Below are positions 51,501 to 63,882 of a stretch of 64,000 bases of DNA, piece by piece; the first letter of the stretch is position 1; every line of letters begins with the position of its first letter. Source of the stretch: Geosiphon pyriformis uo1. Taxonomy: Eukaryota > Fungi > Glomeromycota. The stretch lies in NCBI GenBank assembly GCA_016748015.1, contig JAAOMT010000703.1:310001-374000 (forward strand). Reading direction: 5' to 3'. A program made the translations under genes and the position numbers. The notes beneath the pieces were generated by a model. That model made no database searches. It had not been told where the DNA came from and was given only the letters and a program-made list of their open reading frames with translations.

Positions 51501-54500
51501 ATGTCATTCCACATTCCTTCATTGAGGAGAGTTTCTCCACAGGCTATATATGGTGTATTATCCCATTTTCTCACTTGTTTTGGTCTTCCAAAATGTTCAA
51601 CATGGCATGCGCAGCAATAAAACTTGGTTGCCATCTGATATTCTTCATTATTGCCACAGCATGCGCTCATTGATGACAATTTCTTGCCACAATTAACGCA
51701 TATCAGTTTGGGTCAGTAATAGGTCAATGATTGTTGTTGACCATAGGTGTATGGGATATAAGTGTTGTTGGCTTGAGTGTTTTTTTCCTCTCTCTCTTTC
51801 CCTTTTCTTCTTTCCACTTCCAACTTGATGGTTTTTCCTGTTCATTGTCAGTCCAGGTCAAATTGTCTGTTTCCCAGATCAGTTCCTCTTTTTGCTTTTT
51901 CTTAGGGTTGTTGTTTCATAAGAGTATCAGTGGTAGTTTGTTGTGGTCGGCATCACCCCAGGAGACTTGGTAAGCTTCTCAGGTAGGTTTTTTTTTCTCC
52001 TCCTCCAGTTCGATCAATAGTTTCTCTTTTGGAGGAGTCTTGAAATGGCCACACGTGGCCAGTACACGTATGTGTTGGCCCTAATATGTTAGCTGGAGTT
52101 TCTGAGTGTTCCAGTTTAACGTCGCATTGATTTTAGATAGCCAGTCATTATCAACTAAAGCTTGGTATTGAGTGGTTTCCATCACTAGAACTTTAATGGG
52201 AGTCATGATGCCATTAACTTCAAAAGAGAAGTCATTAATTTTGCCGATTAGAGTTTTGGTTGCTTCATCGGCTGTGATGATTCTGGCACTGACAGCTCAA
52301 TCAACTCAGTAACCTAATTGATCCATGAGTTGTCGTGTGATGATGCTGCCTGCTGAACCGCTGTCAAAGATCAATTTGATGGATTGTCCCTCGACTTTGG
52401 CATCAGTATACATTGCGGTAATTGGTTTGGCTTCAAGAGCAGCTTCACTAAATAATGGCATTGCAGTTGTTTTCTCAAATTCAAATGGGAATATAGCAGC
52501 CAAAGACTCATCTTCAGTAATGGTAGCAGGTGAGATATTACTGGTAAGTGGTTGTTTTTGGGCAAATGCTGGGTTATTGGTTGAGACATCTTCTGGGGTG
52601 ACCAGGAGACTTAAATAGTTCTGAGAATTCGGGTTCTGGAGTTGACCGGCACCTAAATTCCACTGGCATAATCCAGATAGTTGCTGTAAAAAACTGGGGA
52701 TTGGTTGATAGACTACCATTGTCAATCTTCAGCTCTGTTGAGTCATTCTCGGTCTTTGGGTTCTGTTGGGTGGTAAGCTTTGAGATGGTGTTTAGATTTG
52801 TTGGGGTTGATAGATTATTTGTGACTGTGGTTGTTGATAAATTACTTGTGGCTGCGGTTGATAGATTGGAGCTTGATACACCAGAGACTGATAGACTAAT
52901 GACTGCATCACTGGTAAATAAGTGGGTTGGTTTTGATTTGGGTACTGATTTGGAGTTTGGAACTGGTAATCAGGGTTTTGATATTGATTTCCCAATTGTT
53001 GGTTATTTAAATGCTAGTGATAGTCAATTTGAATATGTGTTTCCTGTTGCCACTGTTGATTGGTCGATGAAAATGGACGTGGTTGATTTTGTGCATGATT
53101 AGAGTTTCTTTGTTTATTGCGTCATTGTGGAGGCTGATAAATGGTGTGATTGTCAGCTAAATATCCTTCCAATCTCTTATTAATTGATTCACTGAACTTC
53201 TCCAATTTGGAATTCAATTCAGATGATCCATTCATTACTAGATTAACAGCTTGGACATGATTAGCCTCTGACTCAATGGATTCAAAATCTCTAGTGTGTG
53301 TGACTACATCTTGAAGAGTGCCTGGATGCAACGGATGTACATGTTGCAAGATACTGCTGCGCAGGCCACAGATAAACTGGTTGAGTATCTGTGGTGCTGT
53401 GAAATAGTTGGTGTCAATTGCTTGAATTTGGTGCAGGTTTCAATGGAAGCATCCCAGATACGTGGTGACTGCTTCAGTTTCTTCTTGTTTCATAGTGGTG
53501 AATGTATTGACTAGGCGATTGATGCTGTTATTGTTGCTAAAGTATCTTAGGAATTCTACTTTGAAGATATTGAAATCTTGTGGTTTATTAACCAAGCTCT
53601 GATACCATGAATCAGCGGTATCCTTGAGAAAGTAGGGAATGGCTTGCATTGCTTGGGCGTCATTCCATCCATTGACTGTAATGGTCTTTTCTATATCATT
53701 CAGCTATACTTGAGTGTCATTCTCTTTGCCAGTAAAGTTGTCCAGTTTTGCGATTGGTGCATAGGCCATTGGATCTAAGTTAGGTAGTTGTGGTGGCTAT
53801 TGAAGCAGTTGTTGTTGTACTGGTTGTTGGAGTGGTAGTTGAAGTGGCTGCTGTATGGGTTCGGCTATGGGATTAATTGGCAGTTGATTGATGACAATTA
53901 CTGGAGATAAGTTTTGCTGATTAATTAATTCGGGGTTTGGATTGTTCTGCCTTTGATGATTCAGAGTTTCGATTTCTGAATTTTCTAGATTTAGATTTTG
54001 CTAAGTTTGAAAATTCGGGGTTTCAACTTCTGGGTTTTCAATGATCGGGTGCTGGTAAGTAAATTCTTGATTCTCTGATTCTTCTTCCTCTTTTTTTGAT
54101 TCTGCTGCTTCCCATGGATCAGAGATTCCAAAATCTGGTGGAGACGGTGGTGATCGAAGTCCTAATAGAGTTGATGATCATGAATTAAATCCCTCAAAGT
54201 ATTCACCATATAGTCTTAATAATTCTGTTTTTCTTTGTCTACTTTGGAATGGGAATTGTCCAAATGCTGATGTCACAGTTGATGGGAATGCGTCTGTTGA
54301 TGATATGTTGATGGCACTTCCAGATGTATAGTGGTAGGATGGGTTACTTGAAGATTCAATTCTGTTTTTCTTCTAAGTAGGCGGCTGTATTTTTCTGGGT
54401 GTTATTGCTGGTGTTTGTAATTTTTCCTTGCCTTTACTAGTGTATGTAATTGGATATCTTTGTTGAATGTGATGTTCAATTTCTTTGTTGATTTCAGTGA

Positions 54501-54750
54501 TAATGGATGTGAAATTATAATTTGTTGGTAGGTTGGTGTTTTGAATTAATTCTCTATAGAAAGTTTCTCTTGCTGATTCAGTATTCACTGGTGTTCCTAA
54601 TAAAGAGGAAATCTTTTTGTTGACATAAAAATTGAAGGCTGATTTGGCAAATATATGATTGTGGTTTAATTCCAAGTATTGATAATAGTGTTAAAATAAG
54701 AATTTTGTGAATCCTAAATGGTTTGCTCCTATATTTTCTGATTCTGCCAC
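48587..54750 (-). pseudogene. gag-PR-Cys-rich-dUTPase-RT-RNaseH polyprotein of C
   Basis: FDSGS, ASRSS...GIIDTGYVG...RGIQGFGSTG, LDLDSGYWQ, YLDD and RNase H motifs. Confidence 0.92.
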
Positions 54751-56888
54751 TTTTGATTTGGTGTTGTCGGTGCTGGTTCTCTGTAGGATTATACCTCACA
54801 AGGAGCACCAAATGTTACAGATGATTATTTCTGCTATTGAATTAAATAACAAACCTATAACTTGGTGCTCAAAAGCTACTTCTGTTAATGAGGTTCTACA
54901 AGTGTTGTATTTAAAGGTTTTGGTTGAGTCCTTTATATAATGGACAGAGATTCAGCAGTAATGATAGTAGTTTTCCTGAAGTCGCAATTATGTCCAATTT
55001 CTTTCTCAGCTTGGTGGCCGGATTTATTCTAGCAGTTGTGCCCTTCTGGTAAGCTATCTGTTAATATATATAATTCTACCCTTATTTCTGGGTCTTTTAC
55101 CAGGCTATCCTTGATGTCAATAACTTAGCACTTAATCTTTTAATCAATTAGTATACAACAACAAAACAACATGAAGAAAGAAAAGAAAAGAAAGAAAGAA
55201 AATAAGCCAAGGCAATTTGTAAATTAGTATCCCATCAATAGCTGTGATCAAGAGCTATTGTTCCAGTGTGGTTAAGTATCAATTACTATCAACATGAAGT
55301 GTTGATAGTAAGGAGTAGATTGAGATATGAAATAATTATTTATTTGATGATTGTGTTTCTGGGCTAAGAATTCTGTCGTATTGATTCTGTTTTTTCTGTT
55401 TCTAATACTACTGCTATATATACATAATTAAGATTCCTCAATTCCTCGATTCTTCACAACAGGAATCCTGGAATTCCTGGAATCTTGGAATTCCTGGAAT
55501 TTCGTGATTCCTATGAGAGGAATCCTGGAATTTTGGAATCCTACAATTTCTTGTTGGGGAATCCTAAAATTCCTGGAATCCTGCAATTCCTAAGAGGAAT
55601 CTTGGAATTTCACATTTACTATGCCTACTTCTGATTGGCTAATAATCATGCTAATATATTTCCTATATTTTTATGAGTAACATTGTAAATTACACAGTAG
55701 TATTCTGCAATGCATATATCCAATGCATCCAGCTGACCTGCAAGCAGCCATCACAAATGCCAGAGATTTCGAGACAGCCAAATTAGAAGCTAACCATACC
55801 CAAGCTGTAAATCTAGTAATGAATGAATCATCTGAATTGAATTCCAAATTAAAACAATTCAGTGATTCCATTAACCAGAAGCTTGAAGGGTACTTAGCTG
55901 ACAATTGTGCAATTTATTAGCCATTCCAATGACACAATAACTTTGGAACTACAAATTACCTACAAAATCAGTTATGTCTCTTACCATTATTCAATTAACT
56001 GTGGCAACAAGAAACACATGTTTGCCACTATTGTGGTAAACAAAGCCACTTACAGTTTGAATGCCATAAACAGCTAAATAAACAAAAATCAGGCCATTAG
56101 TATCAAAACTCTAATTACTGACTATAAACTTAGAATTACATCAGTAATCAATTACCAGAACTGTATCAACTGATTTACCTACTTATGACACAACAGCCAA
56201 TCTATTAAGCACCAGTCTATCAACCAACAACACCAGTAATTTATCAACTGCAGTCACAACTTATCTATCAGTCACAGTCTCAAGTAATCTATCAACCCCA
56301 AATTCAAACACTGCCTCAAAACTTACCTCAAAACAGAACCCAAAGGCCAAGACTGACACAACAGAGCTGGAGTTTGTTAATGGTAATACATCAACTGATC
56401 CCCAGTTCTTCAAACCAGTCATTAGGATCTTGACAATGGAATTTGAGCACTGGGTACACTCAAAACCCGAATGCCCAACAGTATTTAAGTCTTCTGGTTA
56501 CCCCAGAAGATGCCTTATCCAACAACCAAGAACCCAAACAGAAGCAGCCACTTACCAGCAATATTCTACCAGCAACCATCTCCCATGACAAATCCCTAGC
56601 AGCTATTTTTTCTTTTGAACTCGAGAAAACCACACCAGTCCCATTATTCAGTAGAACTATTCTTAACACCAAACTGATCACCACTATGTACACTGATGCC
56701 AAAATTGATGGTCATTCTATCAAGCTCATCTTAAACAGTAAATTAGCTGGCAGCATTATTACAAGACAACTTATGGACCAATTAGGTTGCCAAGTTGATC
56801 AAGCTGCCAGTGCCAAAATCATAATAGCTAATGAAGCAACCAAAACTCTGATTGGTAAAATAGACAACTTACTTATTGAAATCAATAA

Positions 56889-57689
56889 TGTTACTTATAA
56901 AAAGAAAACAGATATAGAAAAATAAAAGACCAATAAGTGAATAGTATTTAGCACATGAGCATATTGTTCAGCAATGTGGAGCAATATTAGAAAACATGGC
57001 ATATTGCTCAGCAATATGGAGCAATGTTAGAAATTAGGACACATTACTCAGCAATGTGAGTATTGCTCAAGAAATCATAGCACATTGCTCGAGAATGTGA
57101 GCAATCTCATAGAACATTAATTATGTATATATAGCAGTAATATTAGAAGTAGAAAAGACAGAATCTTTTAGTTAGAGATCTCTCAGTTTAGATTTTATTT
57201 AGATAACTTTCCAAACCACAATAAATAACTATTTGCTATTTAAGAAACTCACTTCCACTATCAACACTTTATGTTGATAATAATTAATACTTAACTACAC
57301 TGAAACAATAGCTTTTGATCATGGCTATTGATAGAATACTAACTTGTAAATCACCTTGGCTTATTTCTTACATTTTTTTATTTTTTTTATTTTTTTTCTT
57401 TGATTTTTGTTGTATACTAATTGATTAAAAGATTAAAAGTGCTGAGTTATTGACATTACAAATAGTTTGGTAAAAGACCCAGAAATAAGGATAGCATTAT
57501 ATATATTATCGGATAGCTTACTAAAAGAGCATAACTGCCAGAATAAATCCAGCCACCAAGCTGAGAAAGAAATTGGGAAACAACTTACAAAAAAACTGTG
57601 AATAACATTGACAAAAAATCTCTGTTCATTATACAAAAAACTCCAAAAAAAAACTTTTTAGATACAAATCTTAAGAGTATCATCCACGC
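56889..57689 (+). repeat. E1: LTR of a sister subfamily (alternative U3), inserted in D protease and interrupted by E2
   Basis: Starts TGTTACT; R/U5 homologous to A-type LTRs; cut at 57689. Confidence 0.85.
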
Positions 57690-58955
57690 TGTTACTCATA
57701 AAAAAAGAAAACAAATATAGAAAAATAGTAGACCAATAAGAGAATAGTATTTAACTGAGCACATTGCTCAGCAATGTGAAGCAATGTCAGAAATTATGAC
57801 ATATTGCTTAAGAAATCATAGCATATTGTTCAGGAATGTGAGTGATCTCATAGATCAATTATGTATATATAGTAATAGCATTAGAAGTAGAAAGAGCAGA
57901 ATCTCTAGTTAGAAATCTTCTATCCACAAATATTAAATAAATAAATTATCTACTATCCAAATTCACTCTCCACTATCAACACTTTATGTTGATAGTAATT
58001 GATACTTAACTACACTGGAACAATAGCTTTTGATCACAGTTATTAACAAGATACTAATTTGCATATCGCCTTGGCTCATTTCTTTATTTTCTTTTATTTC
58101 TTTCTTTCTTTGATTTTTTTTGTTGAATACTAACTAATTAAAGATTAAAGCACTGAATAATTGACATTACAGATAGCCTGGTAAAAGACCCAGAAATAAA
58201 GATAAAATTATATATATATTAACGGATAGCTTACTAAAAGGGCACAAATGCCAGAATAAACCAGCCACCAAGCTGAAGACAGAAATTGGGAACACAACTC
58301 ACCAACCAACTACATTGTCATTGAATTTCTGTCTATTATACAAAGGACTCCACTCTAAAAACCTTCAGATACAACCAAAGTGCCAGTAATATCAGTCTTG
58401 TCAAGATATTGAGCACCAAGTTATGGATTTGTTATTTGATTTGAAACCCTAAATAATCATCTGTAATATTTGGTGCTCCCTGTAAGGTATAATCCTACAA
58501 AAAACCAGCACCATCAACAATCATCCAAAAGTGGCAGAATCAGAAATTATAGGAACAAACCATTTAGAATTTGCCAAAGTCTTGTTTCAGCAGTACAGCC
58601 AACAATTAGGATTAAACAATAATCATTTCCCAGTGGAATCAGCTTTCAACTTTTATGTCAACAATAAAATCACAAACTGCTTAGGAGGAACAGTTAACAT
58701 TGAATCTGCAAGAGAAAATTTCTATACAGAATTATTTCAACATACTAGCTTACCAAAAAACTACAGTTTTGCACCAATTATTAGAGAAATCAATCAAACT
58801 ATTAAAAGGTATACACAACAACAATTCCCCATCACCTATGCAGATAAAGGCAAAGGAAGATTGCAAATCCCAGCAGTAACACCAAAACAAATTCAACCAC
58901 CCAATTGAAAAAAAACCCAAGTTAAATTACCCACTCATCCATCATACTATTATAC
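57690..58955 (+). mobile_element. Element E2: 5' LTR 57690-58468, PBS 58471-58487, ORF1 start 58531-58955; interrupted by F
   Basis: TGTTACTC...TGTAATA, then TTTGGTGCTCCCTGTAAGG; ORF 58531-58908 is homologous to the A ORF1 N-domain. Confidence 0.9.
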
Positions 58956-59687
58956 TGTTATGGTTAAAACTTATATTTCTTATTAATTATCACATGTATT
59001 AGCCATTGATGTCATATAAATTAGCCACTCTATTTTTAGAAAGTGATCATTAACCTGATTATTGACCTGACCATTGATCTGATCATTGACCACTTTTGAT
59101 AGCTATATAAGTAATGAATCTTTTAGCTGTAAAAAAGTATGTAAAAATCAGATATAAGAATCAAAAGAAATAAAGAAATAAAATAACAACTTCATCTTAA
59201 TCCTTTTCTTATCACTAATTTTCCTTTTTCTACTTTCAAGTATCTGAACATCTTAAAGATAAAAGATTACTTGTTGGTTATTTTTTACCCTTTTCCTGAA
59301 ACATGTAATTGCAATATTTGGAAATTATTGAATAAAATGTGACTGAAGAGCACATCTGATATTTGATATTGAATTCTAAGAATGCCAACGTAAAGCATAA
59401 AATTATACCAAGTGTGATCATTTGTTAACAGTACAGACTATTTCTCTACCTTTAGATTCTCCAGTTACCTTTTGAAAAATATAGCGACTGAGATATTTTA
59501 TGAGACTGATTTCACATATTGAATCCATACTTATTCAATTCGTTCTTTGAAGTTGAATTCCCTTTGATTATTTTTATTACTCTACAATTCTGTTCTCTCT
59601 TGCTATCTGTTAGCTTGTTACTCCAACCCATAACATAAAAGTGGTGCTCCCTGTGAGGTTGTCAAAATCTACTTTGTTTTCTATTGT

Positions 59688-61241
59688 ATGGGTGATTATT
59701 CATATCTGTCACAACAATCAAAAGAACACTTTAAAGCACACAACAAAAATAATCTAGACTTTATTGAACTTAATCCTTTGTCCTCCTGTTTGATTTGCTT
59801 CCTTATTGAAAAACAATCCAGCAGACAATTCCAAGACTTTTGAAACTGGTTCCTGAATGAACATTCAGCTGAAATCTACACAGCTTATACAATCTATTAC
59901 TTTGACCAAGCTTATTTTGAAGACAACTTTGAAGAAAGAAACAACAGTATCAATTAGCTCTTATATTCTGCAACCTTTAAACAACAGCCCTCTGATTTCG
60001 AATATCTGAATCATCAAATCCACATTTGGATTGCTGCCCATCAAGCAACTGAAACTCTCTTTGAAACAGAAGAAAAAAACTACCAAACTGCCCCTGTTTT
60101 CGACCTTTTATCAAGTGAATCAGACTCATCTACACAAACAGTTACTCCTGAACCAATGGCTAATGACATTATGCAAGCAAACATTCTGGCCGCCCTCCAA
60201 GGTATACAAACTACTCTAAGAAGAAAAAACAATACCTTACTACCACTATTTAGAGGTGATGCATAAGATCCAATTGAATGGTTGGATGATTTTGAGAGAG
60301 CTGCCACAGCCAACCAGTATGATAAAGAATACAAGTTCCAAATTGTTGGTGGCTATCTTCAAGGCTCTCTTGCTACCTGGTTTTCACAAGAAACAGATAC
60401 CAATGCTCAACACAGAATAATCAGATGAACACCAAACAATACTGGAAAAAAAAATACTTCTTTCATCATTTGGTTTGAGGCCAAGTTCAGAATCCCAATA
60501 TTAATATTCAAATGGTACATAGAATTGGAAAAAAGAACCCAAGGCCCTGGAAAAGTAGTGACTAAATATGCCAAAGCTATCAGAAAGCTAATCAAATGTG
60601 TAGACTCTAAGAGAAACTAAACAGAAGAACAAAAAATCCATTCCTTCACAAAAGAATTAAGAACTGATCTATTATATGCTCTTTGGCCTCTCTTGGCTTT
60701 AAAAAACAATCCAACAATGGACATGGCTATTGAACTGGCACAAAGAATTGACGATAACCAAAGAATGCATTTGGGATTCACACTTCCAGTTTTTGCTTCT
60801 GCTCTTGTCATGACTCCAGCTCCACAAATAACTGCTGTCTCTTTTGCTGCCCAAACTCAAGACCCAAATAAACAGTTAATAGATAGACTCACAGCTAATT
60901 TTGCCTGATTACTGGAACCCTTAGCCCAAGCTGTCAGAGAGAATCAACAACTCCAAAGACCCAGATTTGAACTCCATTTTAATCAACCTCAACAACTCCC
61001 ATATCAAAGACAACAAAATTGTGGCTTATCTGTGTGTTACCACTGTGGATTAACTGAACATTTCTCCAGAGATTGTAACAATCCTCCTCTGTCTCCTTCA
61101 GCTCCTAGAAACAATGACAATCAAAACAACAGAACCAACAATAACAATGTTCTCAATCAAAGACCTAATCATGCTAACATCAATTTCTTTGGAAAGAATC
61201 CCCTGGTTGAAGCCACTGTTTATTAGCCTTTAAACTGGTAG
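59688..61241 (+). pseudogene. gag of F with CCHC zinc knuckle (start position uncertain)
   Basis: PLFRGDA*DPIEWLDDFERAA capsid start; CYHCGLTEHFSRDC at 61035-61076; ends ...PLNW* at 61241. Confidence 0.8.
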
Positions 61242-61290
61242 GTGCACCTCCAAAGGGTGAGAGTGCAAGCCAACCAGAAGAAAACCCTTT
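61229..61290 (+). promoter_or_regulatory. -1 programmed ribosomal frameshift signal (U UUA AAC plus H-type pseudoknot)
   Basis: In-frame heptamer 61229-61235; 7-nt spacer; stem 1 TGCAC-CTC/GAG-A-GTGCA; stem 2 AAAGGGT (61252-61258)/ACCCTTT (61284-61290); the -1 frame is open toward the protease. Confidence 0.8.
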
Positions 61291-63815
61291 TTATGCTTTT
61301 AACCTAACTAATGATGACCATGACATGGATGAATTAGCAATCAACACCTCTGAATCAACAAGAAAGAAGAAAAAAGCCAAGTTAGAACCCCCAGAAATTG
61401 TACAAAAATCTGGACCCTATTCTGTTGTCAAGGATCTTATAGAAATGTGCACATTACATTTGGCCAACTGATGACCCATCCACAGTTCAGAAAAGATCTT
61501 TGCAAATCATTGATACCAAAAAAGAAGACACTAAATACCAACAAACATTTTTGCCAAACTGGACTCACTGACAACAGCAATGTCACTCCTCTGATTTGTA
61601 AAGCCCAAATGGCTGGTTATTTTATTGACCTGATTCTAAACAGTGGATCATCTGTTAGTGTAAACACTTTCTTGAAGCAATTGGCAGAAAAATTGATGAG
61701 CCTTCCACAAGACCAATGATCAATGTACATAATGACAAGAAGAAAGACCTGGGCATAGCCAAAGCTATTCCTGTCCACATCAATGGTATTAGCATTGAAA
61801 CAGATATGAAAGTATCTGAAGCAAAAGAATATACCATCATTGTTGGTAATGAGTGACTTAAGAAAGCCAAAGCACTACTTAACTATGAACTGTGTGAGCT
61901 AACTATCAGATGTGATAAAAACCCCATTGTGGTTAAATGCTGTTATTGGACAACTTCTCCAGCAACCAAACAGAACCAAAAAGAAAAACAATCAGATGAA
62001 TCAGATAATAATGAGAGCGATGATGAAGAAGATCAAGAAGAACAAGAAGAAACTGCTGAACTCACTTATACCATCTTCACTAGCAATAGCAAGCCACTGG
62101 ACAATATTAAAGCTGACAAAGAAGGAATCATGGTAAATGGCAAGCTAATCTGCTAGCCCTATTATAATATCTTCACAAGAACCTTTGACAGAAAACCTAG
62201 CAAGAAAGCCAAATATAGTTATTGGTAGCATGGTCCTTGTACATAGTGCTGGTGCAATAAACCTTTGTATTTACCAAGTGATGAATGCAAATCTTGCCTA
62301 ATCTATTACAAAGATTGGAAACTAATTAGTTTGATACCTTGAAAAGAACTTAAAAAAGTACAAAAGTCCTTTGAAAATGAATCACCTGAAATCCAATCAC
62401 TAGTTATAGAACAAAGAAAATTTTTCCCTGAAGAAAGAAAAGTGGACATTGAAAATCTGTTGGCTAGAAATAGCCCAGTTATCTCAAAAAAAGGTGACAC
62501 TTCTGAATGAACCCATGTGATACAACACACCATCATTACCAAAGAAACTCATCCCATCCATTTGAACCCTTATCAATCCAATTGACACAATGATGAGTTT
62601 ATTAAGAAAGAGATAAACCAGATGAAAGATCTTGAATTCATACAAGAAACCAAGAGTAAATGGGCTTTTCCAGTTGTAGTGGTATCCAAGAAAGGTGGAA
62701 CTCTATGCTTCTGTGTTGACTACTGCCAATTAAATATCATCATTATAAAAGACATATACTTACTCTTCAAAATTGATACAATGCTAGATAAATTCAATGG
62801 TGCTGCTTTTTTCTCAACCATTGACTTAACTGCTGGATTCTAGCAAGTAGAGATAGATCCAAAAAGCAAAAAGAAAACTGTTTTTATTACCAAGTATGGT
62901 ATTTATGAATTCACAGTCATGCCTTTTGGTCTCATCAATGCTTTTCCCACTTTTCAATGCCTAATAGACAAAGTATTTGAATCAGTAAAAAAAAACTTTG
63001 TTTTGGTCTACTTAGATGACATAATGGTCTACTTAAAAACCTGGGATAAACACCTTAAAAATTTACAGAAGGTTTTTGACCTGTTCAGAAATGCTGGTCT
63101 TAAGATTAACCCAATCAAATCTTTCTTTGGATGCCAATTCACCCAATTTCTTGGTTATCTTGTTACAAAAGATGGAATTTTTTCTGACCCAGCTAAAGTT
63201 GAAAAAGTTCAAAACATTAGACAACCAATAAATGTTCCTGAACTATGCTCTTTTCTTGGTTTGGTCTCTTACTATCACAAATTTATCAAGGATTTCTCCA
63301 AGATTGTCTTTCTTCTCAATCAGCTACTCAAGAAAAATGTCAATTATCATTGAAATATTCATCAACAAAAAGCTTTTGAATTTCTAAAAGAAAAACTTGT
63401 TACTGAACCAATTCTCAAGCAATCTGATCTGGACCAACCTTTCATCTTCCACACTGATACATCTGGCTATGAACTTGGTGCTGTCTTTTCACAGAAAAAT
63501 GAAAATGACAGAGAACATACTATAGCATATGCCAGTAGATCTCTCACACCAGCAGAAAAGAACTATTTAGTTACTGAACAAGAATGCTTAGCAGTAGTTT
63601 GGGCTACTAACTACTGGGATCAATATTTTCTTGGTGCAAAATTCTTAGTAGTAACAGATCATCAAGTCTTGGTTTGGCTGCACAAGAAAAAGAAGCTGGA
63701 ACACAAACAAATAACTCGCTGGATACTTCACTTAAATGAATTTGACTATGATATTCAATACCGTAAAGGAGCAAATTATCAAAATGCCAACATTTTATCT
63801 AGACTTACTATCTAG
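61242..63815 (+). pseudogene. pol of F: protease, acidic/Cys linker, RT, RNase H (no dUTPase)
   Basis: LIL(D/N)SGS, IDLTAGF, MPFGL, YLDD 63009-63020, HTD.SG...VTDH...NANILSR, then TAG TAA at 63813-63818. Confidence 0.9.
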
Positions 63816-63882
63816 TAACAGTACAACCTCTTAAACCAAACCAATTTAATTATTAGTAATTTCTTCACAAACAAACACAATA

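Larger units (their letters stand above)
45596..55682 (-). mobile_element. Element C: full-length Ty3/Gypsy (LTRs 45596-46444 and 54813-55682)
   Basis: Perfect TSD TTGT; PBS 54794-54810; PPT; colinear with A. Confidence 0.97.
43348..56888 (+). mobile_element. Element D: A-type Gypsy (5' LTR 43348-44227, PBS 44230-44245, ORF1/gag/PR 44290-45595 plus 55687-56888), interrupted by C and E1
   Basis: Gag is contiguous across C (LNQFIC|KLHSSIL). CHYCGKQSHLQFEC knuckle at ~56023-56065. Protease is cut at 56888. Confidence 0.9.
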
